A DNA stretch of 64,000 bases from an uncultured Roseovarius sp. (GCA_951812895.1 OX638333.1:112366-176365); one strand, 5' to 3'. Shown: positions 36,172 through 46,089, numbered from the stretch's first letter. The notes: generated by a model not told the origin, from the letters alone. Program-made: numbers and translations.

Positions 36172-38393
36172 CAGCGCGCTACCTTGCTGGATTTCAGGCC
36201 GTACCGCGATTCAAATCCGGACATTTCACCCCGTGTTGCAGCCTTGTTGATTTCAGCGACCAGGACTTTCCGACCATCCGGGCCAGTTTGTCTGCGTTCC
36301 CGCACCTCAACACCCGGAGCGTTATTGATGATTTGAACGACAGTTCCACCGTTGGGGCTGTTCGTGTTTGCGGGTGCTGTGATGATCATTGGCTGAATAG
36401 GGGGAAACTGACCTTTCTCATGATCGAACACGGTCTCGTTTGGGTGAACAATTGATAGGATACCGCCCTTACCATCGACTCCGCCCGAACGAGGACCGGC
36501 GCCGGTAAACCCGCCACCGTCGAAGGATAGTAATCTTCCAAGACCCGGAAACGCCCCCTTTAGACCCTGAAACAGGGCCATCTTGAGGAATTGAGCCGCA
36601 AGGTTCTCCAAGATATCGACTGCATCGCCACCCTTACCGATGATGATGTCAAACAAGCCATCTATTGCGCTTCTGGTCTCCCCGGCTATGTCGCCGAGTT
36701 TGCCAGATGCGTTTTGTGCGCTTTCAATTGTTTTGTCGTATTGCTCACGGGCCAACTCGTGTGCTCTGGCGGCTTCTTCGGGATCTAGCCCAGCTGCCAT
36801 TGCATCGTTGATGGTTTTCTGTGCCACCTCCAGATTTTGCATCGCTCTAATTGTTGGATCGAGGGAGGCCATCAAGCGATCATACGCTTGTGCTGTCTTA
36901 TCGATGTCCGCAGCACTACCACGGGAACCGCCGGTTGTGGTGCGACGTAACGCAGCCAGAGCCTCTTGATTCCGTGCAAAGGCCTCACCACGTTCGCGCG
37001 CGGCTTCGACCAAAGCGTCTTTGATGACGCCGGAGAAACCGGTATCGCGGACGGTGCCCAATCTGTTTCTTTCACGCTCCGCCGCAAGCTCCCCGGCGAT
37101 TTGGACTTTGGAAGCTCCGCTGCGCAACCCCTTTAATTCGATTTCCTGCAATCGAATTCTCTGTTCTTCGGTTTCGGCTCGGGAACCAGCGGCGCCCACT
37201 TCGGCGGCGAGGGCGCGGAATGTCGCAAACGCGGTTGAAAACTTCCTGATCAGTGTGTCCGCCTGTCCCAGAACACCACTGAGATCGATGTTGGATGTGG
37301 ATAGAGCCAACGCGTCGGACTGGTCCACGGCTCCGCCTAACTTACTGACAACATCATCCATAGCATCCTGCTGGCCCTGTATCGCGGCCTCTATGTCCTG
37401 GAATATCTGAACCGATTGTTCCTGTAGGTTTAGGAATTGTTCGGTAGCACTTTGGGCTTTGTAAATATTATCAACGAATTGCAGTTCTTCATCCGAGAGG
37501 TTTTCAACACCGCCTCGAATTTCGGTGAATACGTTGGCCAGAGTTTGAAGCGCTGCAGCGGATTCCTCGGTTCCCTCGACGGTATCTAGATTGTCCAAAG
37601 CAGACTTAAGCTGTTCCGCCTCTTGTCGTGAAAGCCCCAGCTCACGTGAGAGCTGTGCGAGCCGCGCAACTTCGCCCTGACCAAAAAGCTTAAATACAAG
37701 ACCGGATATAAGGCCGCCGTCTAGTGATTCCGCGAGCGCTTCCCGAGCGTCCCGTAATTCTCGTGCAGCCTTTTCAAGCGCGATTTCGCTTTGGGCTTGC
37801 ACGAGTTCCAAAACAGAAACTCGCATGCGGCCAAACTTCTCGATCAGGCGATCAACGTTTTCGCCAGAAGCATTGGCCAGAGCGGTTTCAACGTTCTGAA
37901 GGCTTTCTTCAAGTTCATCGAGTTGTTTAGCCATGGCCTCTGAATCGGCCCCGGCGCTCAAGAGAGCGGCCCCAAGGGGGATCGCAATTGCCACGACGGC
38001 CCCCATTAACGCACCGACCGTACCGAAACCCTGGATTAATTGCGGTAGCTGCTGACCCATTGCGACGGAAGCCGCAGTTCCGGCGCCGATCTGAGTGGCC
38101 ATGTCTCCGACTTGGAAACCGAGGTTTTGTGCGGCGCCAGCACCGAGATTGAGGCGCGCCGTCGTGCTCCGCATCGCGCGCCGAAGGCCACCCATAGACG
38201 TCTGTGCGTTACGCCCGGCCCGTTGAGCCGCGCTCCCCATTCGGTCGAGCGCCTGCCCCCCGTCTCGCCCCAAACGCTCTACTGCGCTTTCGGTCTTATG
38301 AGCTTTGCGGGCCACGCCGTCCATCGCATTTTCAGCGCGTTCGGCCCCCGTTTCCATCTGCCGGGGATCAAGTGCGAGGCTTAGTTTTGCCAT
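36171..38393 (-). CDS. Tape measure protein
   Basis: 740 aa; QNLGFQVGDMATQI..GQQLPQL; FDGGGFTG..VHPNETV. Confidence 0.9.
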   Translation of the reverse strand: MAKLSLALDPRQMETGAERAENAMDGVARKAHKTESAVERLGRDGGQALDRMGSAAQRAGRNAQTSMGGLRRAMRSTTARLNLGAGAAQNLGFQVGDMATQIGAGTAASVAMGQQLPQLIQGFGTVGALMGAVVAIAIPLGAALLSAGADSEAMAKQLDELEESLQNVETALANASGENVDRLIEKFGRMRVSVLELVQAQSEIALEKAARELRDAREALAESLDGGLISGLVFKLFGQGEVARLAQLSRELGLSRQEAEQLKSALDNLDTVEGTEESAAALQTLANVFTEIRGGVENLSDEELQFVDNIYKAQSATEQFLNLQEQSVQIFQDIEAAIQGQQDAMDDVVSKLGGAVDQSDALALSTSNIDLSGVLGQADTLIRKFSTAFATFRALAAEVGAAGSRAETEEQRIRLQEIELKGLRSGASKVQIAGELAAERERNRLGTVRDTGFSGVIKDALVEAARERGEAFARNQEALAALRRTTTGGSRGSAADIDKTAQAYDRLMASLDPTIRAMQNLEVAQKTINDAMAAGLDPEEAARAHELAREQYDKTIESAQNASGKLGDIAGETRSAIDGLFDIIIGKGGDAVDILENLAAQFLKMALFQGLKGAFPGLGRLLSFDGGGFTGAGPRSGGVDGKGGILSIVHPNETVFDHEKGQFPPIQPMIITAPANTNSPNGGTVVQIINNAPGVEVRERRQTGPDGRKVLVAEINKAATRGEMSGFESRYGLKSSKVAR

Positions 38394-38679
38394 GTTCTTT
38401 TAACTCCGCCTGGTCCATTGCCTGCATCACACGCAGGAAACATTCACGCTGAACCGGCCCTGTGATCCCGTTGAAATCCGCATAGGCCTTGATTTCAGAT
38501 ATTGGGATGCCACCCACTCCGAACCCGACCTGTCGTGAGGATCGAAGTGCAATGTAGCTTCGCCAATAATAGGGGTGTTCCGGCTGAGGAAGGTTTGTGA
38601 CTTCCGGCGCGCCCTTGCGTGTCAGATACCGGAGCTCGTCATCCGAATATCTAAGCCGCCAGGACAGCGCCTCTGTTAG
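38368..38679 (-). CDS. Tail chaperone G-T extension reached by -1 frameshift
   Basis: -1 frame after A-AAA-AAC reads KLTEALSWRLRY..RSSRQVGFGVGGIPISEIKAYADF..MD to TGA. Confidence 0.75.
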   Translation of the reverse strand, partial: LTEALSWRLRYSDDELRYLTRKGAPEVTNLPQPEHPYYWRSYIALRSSRQVGFGVGGIPISEIKAYADFNGITGPVQRECFLRVMQAMDQAELKEHGKTKPRT

Positions 38680-39143
38680 TTTTTTATCGTGTTTTCGGTC
38701 TCGGTCAGAAGGTGTTCACCGGCCTTGCGACACTGTAGTTCGAGATCCGTGATCGCTTTGGCAATTTCAGGGATCACGCTGTCCCCAAGGGCTAAGAAAT
38801 GCTCGCGGTCGCACGTGATGGCCTTACCGCCGTTCAGGATGTTGGATTCCCACGTGAGGATACACGCATCGTAGAACAATCCAATTCGCTCGGAACCAAG
38901 AGACTTGGTTTTTTCATGCCGCTTTCGTGCGCGCGTTTCAGGGTCTTCCGTGGATGCGATCACTTCGGCGGCGATCCCGTGAGATAGGGAAAGTTGGTCC
39001 AAACCCATCGAATATGCGGCATTCAACGGGCCTGCTACGCGAGCGTCCACCTTAAGATAGCAGGGCTTTCCGCCTGCCAAGAAATCCGGCAGATCAGCCT
39101 TGAACTTAACAACCGGGATTTCACGATTTGGCAGGTTCAGCAT
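38676..39143 (-). CDS. Tail assembly chaperone
   Basis: Between tube and tape measure; ends ATA AAA AAC TAA. Confidence 0.8.
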   Translation of the reverse strand: MLNLPNREIPVVKFKADLPDFLAGGKPCYLKVDARVAGPLNAAYSMGLDQLSLSHGIAAEVIASTEDPETRARKRHEKTKSLGSERIGLFYDACILTWESNILNGGKAITCDREHFLALGDSVIPEIAKAITDLELQCRKAGEHLLTETENTIKN

Positions 39144-39284
39144 CTTGCTTCTTATCCTTGGCTACAAGTTGCGGTTTGCCGGAAAGGCCTAGCTCATTGG
39201 CTTCCGAATTGGAAATGGGGTCGCCCAGGCGGAACAGTTTTTCCTTGCCCTTAACGACCCCTGTGAATTGAATAGCGGCCTTCA

Positions 39285-40226
39285 TTACGACACCGCCCGG
39301 GTGATCTTGATCACCGCCTTTTCCTTCGAACTGTCGTAGTGCGGCATGATCTCGACCTTTTGCATGGCATCGCCTGCACTTAGGTCCAGCTCGGTTGATC
39401 CGAAATGACAGACCGGGAACAGAACAGTGTATTTTTCACCCGTAACCGATCCGATTGGTACGGTCACAGCAAACGAATTGTGCCGTTTGCGGGCCGCGTT
39501 GTAGATATTGAGGAAATTGGTCTCGATATAGATGTTCGCCGTAAGCTTAGGCAGGAAATTGCCCCGGCGAATGCCGCAGATTTTTTTACTGGAAAGCTTG
39601 GGTTGCCGGTCTCGCTGTTCGAAGTCGAATGCGATCTCAAGAGATTGCATGCAGTCGAGCGCGTAGCCCGCGAACTTGATGGTTCCTACGTCTTGACCCG
39701 ATACCAAAGGATCAACCACGGATGGGTCAGTGTACGTGGCACCGGTAATGGCAGACGTGGTTGCATTATCAGACCCTCTGCCCATGAGGTTCAGAGAGAT
39801 TTGCGCCTCGCGTTCGGCCTGAAGGTTGATTGACCCACTAATGGCTTCAACACCCCGGAACCGCGTCATGGTCGCCGTTCCACCAACACCGGCATTGACA
39901 GTGTTTTCGACCGTGACGGATTGTTCCTTTTTGGCGTCTTTGAGGACGTTGGTCGCCCAATCGGCTTGCAACAGTGTCGACAGCAGTTCGTCGGCCGCAC
40001 CGTAGTAGAGCGGTCCCTCGTAAGTGCCTTCGACCATGTCGATACCGTAGCCTTGACCGGTTCGGGCGCCCTTACCGGTCAAAGACTGACCGTAGAACAC
40101 ATCGGGTTTGGAACTCATACGAACGAGGTCGTGCATCGTCGAAAAGCCCGGTGTCGAGGGGGTGGTCCCGACAGTGGTTTCCGCAACAATCGCGGAACGA
40201 GTTTCAGAAGTGGCGAAGCCTGTCAT
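39285..40226 (-). CDS. Tail tube protein
   Basis: AETTVGTTPSTP, VEGTYEGPL, TGEKYTVLFP. Confidence 0.82.
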   Translation of the reverse strand: MTGFATSETRSAIVAETTVGTTPSTPGFSTMHDLVRMSSKPDVFYGQSLTGKGARTGQGYGIDMVEGTYEGPLYYGAADELLSTLLQADWATNVLKDAKKEQSVTVENTVNAGVGGTATMTRFRGVEAISGSINLQAEREAQISLNLMGRGSDNATTSAITGATYTDPSVVDPLVSGQDVGTIKFAGYALDCMQSLEIAFDFEQRDRQPKLSSKKICGIRRGNFLPKLTANIYIETNFLNIYNAARKRHNSFAVTVPIGSVTGEKYTVLFPVCHFGSTELDLSAGDAMQKVEIMPHYDSSKEKAVIKITRAVS

Positions 40227-40238
40227 GTTTGCCTCCTA

Positions 40239-40697
40239 TCAGGCCAGAGAGTAGCGCGTGAAAGGCGCGGTGATATTGGTGATCGTGAATGGTGCATCCT
40301 TGAACGACGCGGACACATACGGGTGTTGCGGCGATCCGCCGTTGATTCCGGTTGGTGAGAACCGCAGAAATGCGTCTTCGTGGCTGGTGATCGCTACGCC
40401 TTGGCTGTCCAGCGTGACGCCGTGCAGAAAGTTGATGATCGTTTCGGCGTGTTTCCGCCAAGCGGATGAGCCCTTTGCACCATCGGTGTAAATCGCCACG
40501 ACCAGAGTGCCGATATTGTCGATGCGGTTCCTCGTTCGCCCCATAGTTCCCTGCAGTCTGGCGCCCGGATTGATGGTCAACTGAACACTGTCCGCTTCAG
40601 GCGTGAATGTTTGAGCATCAAAGCCGATCTTCGTGGTCGTACCCCATTGGGAACGGAAGAAGGTCTCAACAACCTTGCGCTCTGCGTCGAGTGTCAT
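40239..40697 (-). CDS. Tail terminator-like protein
   Basis: Position; GTLVVAIYTDGAKG. Confidence 0.7.
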   Translation of the reverse strand: MTLDAERKVVETFFRSQWGTTTKIGFDAQTFTPEADSVQLTINPGARLQGTMGRTRNRIDNIGTLVVAIYTDGAKGSSAWRKHAETIINFLHGVTLDSQGVAITSHEDAFLRFSPTGINGGSPQHPYVSASFKDAPFTITNITAPFTRYSLA

Positions 40698-40710
40698 ATA
40701 GTTTCAACCT

Positions 40711-40992
40711 ATGAGATATTTACTTTTTCTTGCGCTATTGGCGCCCATTCCAGCGCGAGCCGATTTGACACACAAACAGTGTATTCGGGAGTTGCTCGAA
40801 ATAGACCTTATGCGGTCCGCAATTGTTTTACCTTTACTAGATCAACAGGGTCGTATCTTTGAAACCAAACCAAAGGGCGACGAAGCGGCGCTGTCATTCC
40901 TTCAGTCTTCATTGGACTTCAGCAACGATTTCCAAGCGCTCTACGAAGATTACTACAACTCTGTCGCCGATATCTGCGAAACGCTCCGCTAA
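40711..40992 (+). CDS. Small exported protein inserted antisense in tail operon (moron)
   Basis: Signal peptide MRYLLFLALLAPIPARA-D, two Cys; opposite strand to neighbours. Confidence 0.6.
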   Translation: MRYLLFLALLAPIPARADLTHKQCIRELLEIDLMRSAIVLPLLDQQGRIFETKPKGDEAALSFLQSSLDFSNDFQALYEDYYNSVADICETLR

Positions 40993-41393
40993 ATCTCCGC
41001 CCCATCAAACGCGGCTTGTATTTCCGCTACCGTCAAGCCCACCATGCCACTTGGGGCCTGCCCTGAATATCCGTCTTCCAAGCGCCCCGCGTAAGGCAGG
41101 TTGTTCGTAAGATAAACAACCGGAAACCCCTCAGACGCCGCATATGCAGACAAGGCCCCTTCAGCGCGCGCTATCGTTGTCTGACCACCTTTGTCGAATG
41201 TTTCCGACGTTGATAAATCCTCTGAACCAATTGACAGGTTCCAGTTTCCTTTGAACCGACCCTCCTTCACGGGTGATTTGAGGACCACGCTGCGAACTGC
41301 GTGAAGTCCAATCAGTTGTACAAACTCGTGAACATCATCGATCTTTGCGGCCAATTCGGCCTTTAACTGGATCTCGAACTGACGTGCTCTCAC
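40989..41393 (-). CDS. HK97 gp10-like neck protein
   Basis: SPVKEGRFKGNWNLS, NNLPYAGRLEDG.S.QAP.GMV. Confidence 0.85.
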   Translation of the reverse strand: MRARQFEIQLKAELAAKIDDVHEFVQLIGLHAVRSVVLKSPVKEGRFKGNWNLSIGSEDLSTSETFDKGGQTTIARAEGALSAYAASEGFPVVYLTNNLPYAGRLEDGYSGQAPSGMVGLTVAEIQAAFDGAEI

Positions 41394-41965
41394 GACAACC
41401 GTTCCCGACCGACCGCGTAGAACAACGACCCCGCCCCAAGAACGTCCTGTGTGAGCCGGATATCGAACACCCGGGTGCCAATCGTGAGCTTCCAACCTTC
41501 CTTGCAGGACGTGAACCCCTCCAACATGACTAGCGTATCGCCGGGACCAACCACATAATCGGGAAAGATATCCTGAACCGGTTTGGTTGTCTCAATCACG
41601 GCCCGGCCAGTGTTGGTCGTCGTAGTGGTGCCGTAAGGCGCTCCGGTTTCGGTGCTATAGGTTTCAGTATCAAGGACTTGCGCCGACCCAATACTTGCGC
41701 CGTAAATTTGTGTCGCAAAATCCAGGGTTACACCCGGCGCATTTGCGTTCGAATAGTAGGGCAAAGCCCAAGCCTCAATATCCGCCCCAAAAACAACGTT
41801 CTCGAAGTCCAACACCAGCGACGGGAGCGTTTCACTTACCTTGTAGGTTTCGAACCACGTCAACGGTGTCTCATATGACACGCTTGCCACGTGGATCGCA
41901 TCGGGAATAGCTTTATCAACCGCACCAAATGCTTTGGCCGCGATTTGTGCGACTGTTAGGGCCAT
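41390..41965 (-). CDS. Head-closure-like protein with internal duplicated-motif insertion
   Basis: MALTVAQIAAKAF start with GGAGG RBS; PGDTLVMLEG C-terminal part; insert with two LDF repeats. Confidence 0.7.
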   Translation of the reverse strand: MALTVAQIAAKAFGAVDKAIPDAIHVASVSYETPLTWFETYKVSETLPSLVLDFENVVFGADIEAWALPYYSNANAPGVTLDFATQIYGASIGSAQVLDTETYSTETGAPYGTTTTTNTGRAVIETTKPVQDIFPDYVVGPGDTLVMLEGFTSCKEGWKLTIGTRVFDIRLTQDVLGAGSLFYAVGRERLS

Positions 41966-42185
41966 AACGCCTCCAATTACTGAAATTCCAGCCCCAGAGA
42001 ACCCGCTGACAGTCAAAGCATCTGATCTGCTTTTGACCGGCTGAAACTTTGCCATTTTTGACCGTGCGACCCAGTCTGACTTCTATAGACGCCCGGCTTC
42101 CACATTCGCATTCCAACGGTTCGCCCGCGTATGTGCGTTGCGGCCTAACCGGTTTGTCTGAAACTAGGGGAAGGCCTTTTCCCAT
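41916..42185 (-). CDS. Hypothetical Cys-motif protein
   Basis: CECG..CFDC; overlaps neighbours, C-terminus uncertain. Confidence 0.4.
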   Translation of the reverse strand: MGKGLPLVSDKPVRPQRTYAGEPLECECGSRASIEVRLGRTVKNGKVSAGQKQIRCFDCQRVLWGWNFSNWRRYGPNSRTNRGQSIWCG

Positions 42186-43204
42186 GCGTCTGCTTCATGG
42201 CGGCGTAGTTCGTCGAGAGTGAGTTCGTTTCCCCTTCTGTCAACAAACCGGTCCAGAGACAATTTCCCCTTCCGAAACAGGGTCGCTTTCTTCGTCCCCA
42301 TCACGTCGTTCTGAAACTCAACGGGCTGCTTACGCAACCAATCGCTATAGGTCAGATCAGCCGCCACCTGTCCGTTCATGCTGGACCGTGTGCTGTCCGG
42401 CAGCCCCTGCAAGCCCATTTGCCTCCACGACTTCAGCACCGGTGCCGTGGAACTTCGGCAATTCATATGTGCCGGGGGTCTCGGCCCTTTGTCCACTTCG
42501 TAGACAAGACCGTCTCTGGCGCGGCAAATAGGACTCGTGCGTCCGTCCAGTGTCGAAAGCCACTGGACGCCCTTGATCAAGCTCTTGTTGCGTTCGTAGA
42601 GCCTTGATCGGGCCGCGTTGGCAGTATGGTTTATCGCGGTTCGAACGGTCGTTTCCGCCGACTTTCTACTGACCTCGGCAACGCCTCGTGTTGACCGTGT
42701 CCCTCGTATCACACGCACGATTTCGTCGTTTGTCTGACCCTCGATAATCCCCATCCGGATAGCGCCTCTGAGACGTCGGAACGCGGCTTCCGAAAGCTCC
42801 TTGTACCAATCCTTCAGCAATCGTCCCTGAAAGGGGCGTGAAGTTACGGCAGCAACGATTTGGTCATCGGCAGGTCGAACCATCTCAAAATTGATCGGGA
42901 CAACACGATTGAACATGTCGATCTGAAAATCAACTTCATAACTTGCCAGCGCGCCTATATCGATATGCAACTGCCCCGTCGCATCCGCATAAACGCTGTC
43001 GATGATCCGACGCAGTTCCCGAAGTAGCTTTGACTGCCTCTGCTTGCTCAGGCCGGTTAAATCGTCCCGAAGAATACGCTCCAACACTCTTGCATCAGAT
43101 TGTTTCAACGCCGCAAGGATCTTACGGACCGTTGCGTTCGAAAGTCTGTGCAACCCGATCTGATGCCTTGTCAGTGCATTTGCGATTTCGTCGTTTACTG
43201 GCAT
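42164..43204 (-). CDS. Minor capsid / head morphogenesis protein (Mu gpF-like)
   Basis: WLSTLDGRTSPICRARDG, PPAHMNCRS, TYSDWLRKQ. Confidence 0.9.
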   Translation of the reverse strand: MPVNDEIANALTRHQIGLHRLSNATVRKILAALKQSDARVLERILRDDLTGLSKQRQSKLLRELRRIIDSVYADATGQLHIDIGALASYEVDFQIDMFNRVVPINFEMVRPADDQIVAAVTSRPFQGRLLKDWYKELSEAAFRRLRGAIRMGIIEGQTNDEIVRVIRGTRSTRGVAEVSRKSAETTVRTAINHTANAARSRLYERNKSLIKGVQWLSTLDGRTSPICRARDGLVYEVDKGPRPPAHMNCRSSTAPVLKSWRQMGLQGLPDSTRSSMNGQVAADLTYSDWLRKQPVEFQNDVMGTKKATLFRKGKLSLDRFVDRRGNELTLDELRRHEADAWEKAFP

Positions 43205-43731
43205 CAGACCCGTGCTACGCCACCAGATACTCGCGACCCGGCGGTACTATCCGTAAGTCCCGATACCATGTCTCGCACGATCAGAAGGATCGGTCGGGAC
43301 GCCTCTGCATCCGTGCGATAGTTCGCAAATTCAACGTCCGCAGGTCCGGCCTTCGCCCGCTTCACGGCCTCTGAGGGGGTCACATCGGGTGTCATCGTGC
43401 CCGGTGTGGTCAACTCCCGCAACGCGACTTCAGCCGTAGCGTTTTTGATCTCAATGGGCACCTCGTCCGATGCGACGCTGTATCCGTTGCGGTCAACTAC
43501 GTCATGTCGCGGCCAAGACATTGCCTGGGTGCGTCCATTGATCGGGTATCCCTTCCAGGAAAACGACGTGTTCAGGAAGTTACTGGCGCGCCTGATCGCC
43601 TCTTCCTTGATGGCATCTGTCCCGGTCCATGCAGCACTGCCAAGTGCAGTGTGGTACGCATCCACCGTGGCCAGATCGACCAGCGCGTCTGCGTTAGCCA
43701 GACCGGTGCCATCTTCAGGCGTAAGGGCCAT
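43204..43731 (-). CDS. Head-tail adaptor (DnaT-like annotation family)
   Basis: PEDGTGLANADA, QAMSWPR, IKNATAEVALR. Confidence 0.8.
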   Translation of the reverse strand: MALTPEDGTGLANADALVDLATVDAYHTALGSAAWTGTDAIKEEAIRRASNFLNTSFSWKGYPINGRTQAMSWPRHDVVDRNGYSVASDEVPIEIKNATAEVALRELTTPGTMTPDVTPSEAVKRAKAGPADVEFANYRTDAEASRPILLIVRDMVSGLTDSTAGSRVSGGVARV

Positions 43732-44009
43732 TACTCGCCACCGATATCAACAAAGATAACGCTCGCGGCCAGATCGCGCAATTCAGCAACCACGGCAGCC
43801 TTATCGAAGACAGCGTCATGCGCTTCAAGCAGATCAATCACATCCGCCTTTTTCATCTTCGCAAGAACTTCACGGGTCAACGGTTCTTCCAAATTGACCG
43901 CAGTTCCGGCCTCGAAAAGCTCGTGCTTATCAGGGTCGAAATCCGCCTCGTTGATGACGCAGTACCCGTCTCCGCCGTCTTGCTTGATACTTATGGTAGG
44001 GGTTTGCAT
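43731..44009 (-). CDS. Small head-associated protein (HeH/LEM-like)
   Basis: INEADFDPDKHELF, KKADVIDLL. Confidence 0.65.
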   Translation of the reverse strand: MQTPTISIKQDGGDGYCVINEADFDPDKHELFEAGTAVNLEEPLTREVLAKMKKADVIDLLEAHDAVFDKAAVVAELRDLAASVIFVDIGGE

Positions 44010-44081
44010 GTCTTTCGCCTCTTTACGGTCTGATCTTAAGAAAGGGGCCACCATCGCAGCCCCTCAAAAAGACCAAATGGT

Positions 44082-45224
44082 TTAACCCATCAATGTCGCG
44101 ATGTGGGCAGGCTTGATAGCCTTTTGACCCCAAGCCAAACGAACATGGATGACGTTCTGCAAGAACTGCTTGTACAGCGCCAGCTCGAACGCGAGACCGG
44201 AACGTTCATCCACAATCGTGGTTACATCAACCGCCATGTCGCCGCCGTCCGGCATCGCAGGCGCCCGAGTTGCCAGCACGATTGCTGAACGTGCGAAGGC
44301 CACGTTCGGCGTGTAGCTGTTGCCTACCGTAATCGTAGCGTTGTTGGCCGGAGCGGCCTGAAGACCTGGCTTGCCAATATTGATCGGCGTGGTCGACAGA
44401 TCGGCATTGACGACATATTTGCGAGTGTCACCCGCAAAGGTAACAATGTCGCCCGCCAGAACAGTGCCCGAACCAGTGTCGACCGGGACAGCGGTAGTAC
44501 CCACCGCGGGCGTACCATTCACCAGATAACCGGTGCCAGTACCCTTGGTGTGGACCGTGATCGGATCGGAATGGCGAACGGCCATTTTCATGATGCGATC
44601 CGTCATGCCGTTGCGAAGCATGTCGTCAGAACCGGCCTCGTTTACCTTGAACAATCCCGATTGCTTGCCGCGCAAGTTGCCGATGGCAGCGTGACCGAGA
44701 ACAATTTGGAGATCGTTGGTGGGCGCACCATTTTCTTCCAGCACACCCAGGACATTCGCGAAGTCGGTCATGTCTGCGGCGGTGCCAAACGGTGTACTAC
44801 CGGCCGTACCTACAGCACGAGAAGCGCTGTTATAGGCTTCGGTGTGCAGATCGCTTTCGATCTCATTCACCAAAGACCGCATGCCCTGAAACGCACGATC
44901 CGCCATGATGGTCGAGAAGGTGCCGGCATTGGAAAGGCCGCGCGTTTCTTCACCACTGAAACGGATCGGAACGTGTTTGGATTTTGTGATAGCAACCGGG
45001 ATACCCTCGGTCGTATTGTCGCCGGTATCCGGTGCGTTCACCGCAGCCGTGTTATTGGCCGATGTTTCGGCGGATGTTTCCGGCACATAGACCGTTTGAC
45101 CGATGGCCGCACGCGCAACGTCAGAGTCGCGGTTCACCGCCGGGATGTAGCCCGTCAGTTCACGAGAAACCACATCAAGGGCCTCGTAGAAATCCGGAAG
45201 CAGATTTGTAAGTGTGTTAGCCAT
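44082..45224 (-). CDS. Major capsid protein (P22 coat-like)
   Basis: MANTLTNLLPDFYEALDVVSREL; Ig-like insertion; ARSAIVLATRAP. Confidence 0.9.
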   Translation of the reverse strand: MANTLTNLLPDFYEALDVVSRELTGYIPAVNRDSDVARAAIGQTVYVPETSAETSANNTAAVNAPDTGDNTTEGIPVAITKSKHVPIRFSGEETRGLSNAGTFSTIMADRAFQGMRSLVNEIESDLHTEAYNSASRAVGTAGSTPFGTAADMTDFANVLGVLEENGAPTNDLQIVLGHAAIGNLRGKQSGLFKVNEAGSDDMLRNGMTDRIMKMAVRHSDPITVHTKGTGTGYLVNGTPAVGTTAVPVDTGSGTVLAGDIVTFAGDTRKYVVNADLSTTPINIGKPGLQAAPANNATITVGNSYTPNVAFARSAIVLATRAPAMPDGGDMAVDVTTIVDERSGLAFELALYKQFLQNVIHVRLAWGQKAIKPAHIATLMG

Positions 45225-45324
45225 GATGATTTCTCCTTGTCACAGCGTTTAATTGATGGACCAGAAGTCCTGCTCTTTGGGCCATCCAGCCCCAACGTCG
45301 TCAGCATCCACTGAGTGACAAATT

Positions 45325-46089
45325 TTATTGGTCGACGACTTTCACGCCGTCAGCCATCGCCTTCCGACGCTCGCCGTGCGACAATGCATCGTATTCGCTT
45401 CGCGTGATGTTCTTTGCTCCACCGCCATCACCGCCACCCCCCTGAGCGCCGCTGCCCGATTGGCTGCGACCCTTGAGAATGTTGTCTTTGAACGGTGAAG
45501 ATTCGACGATGATTTCGAGCGCTTCATCAAAATCCGCAGGCTCACCCGGGTTGGCCTTCGAGTAGACTTGGTTGCCGCTCGCATCTTTGGCGATGATCTT
45601 GCCGTTTTCGATAGTGAAGTGTCTGCCAAATGTCGCCTCGACCATCGGAATCGGAACAGCCATCTTTTCCGCGATGAATTCGGATCGGGCGAAACTGCCG
45701 CCGATCTTCTCTTGGTGTAACGATGACTTGAGAGTTTTGTTTTCCTCAACGACCGGCGCGTATTTTTCTTCGACGGCCTTGATCGCTTCGTTCTTAATCT
45801 TGTCGACCTCGCCCGCTTCGACCAAGTCCTTGTCCTTGAAGTTCTTGACCTGTTTAACGGCCTCGATAGCCGCCGCCGGATCTTCAATCCCATCGAAAGT
45901 CTTGAGGGCCGCCTCGGCCGCCTCCTTCGCCTCGCGATGGCCTTTAGCCTCACCGTTGAGCCGTGAGATCGTGGCAACCGTTCCGGGCGCGTCGAACACG
46001 ATTTCTTTTTCTCCGTCGATGTAGATCGGCTTTCCGTCACTCACCTCGGCGTATGTTTTTCCGTCGACCTCGATTGTTTTAAGCTTCAC
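45325..46089 (-). CDS. Scaffolding protein
   Basis: MKLKTIEVDGKTYAEV, RLNGEAKGHRE, PADFDEALE, SGSGAQGG. Confidence 0.85.
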   Translation of the reverse strand: MKLKTIEVDGKTYAEVSDGKPIYIDGEKEIVFDAPGTVATISRLNGEAKGHREAKEAAEAALKTFDGIEDPAAAIEAVKQVKNFKDKDLVEAGEVDKIKNEAIKAVEEKYAPVVEENKTLKSSLHQEKIGGSFARSEFIAEKMAVPIPMVEATFGRHFTIENGKIIAKDASGNQVYSKANPGEPADFDEALEIIVESSPFKDNILKGRSQSGSGAQGGGGDGGGAKNITRSEYDALSHGERRKAMADGVKVVDQ

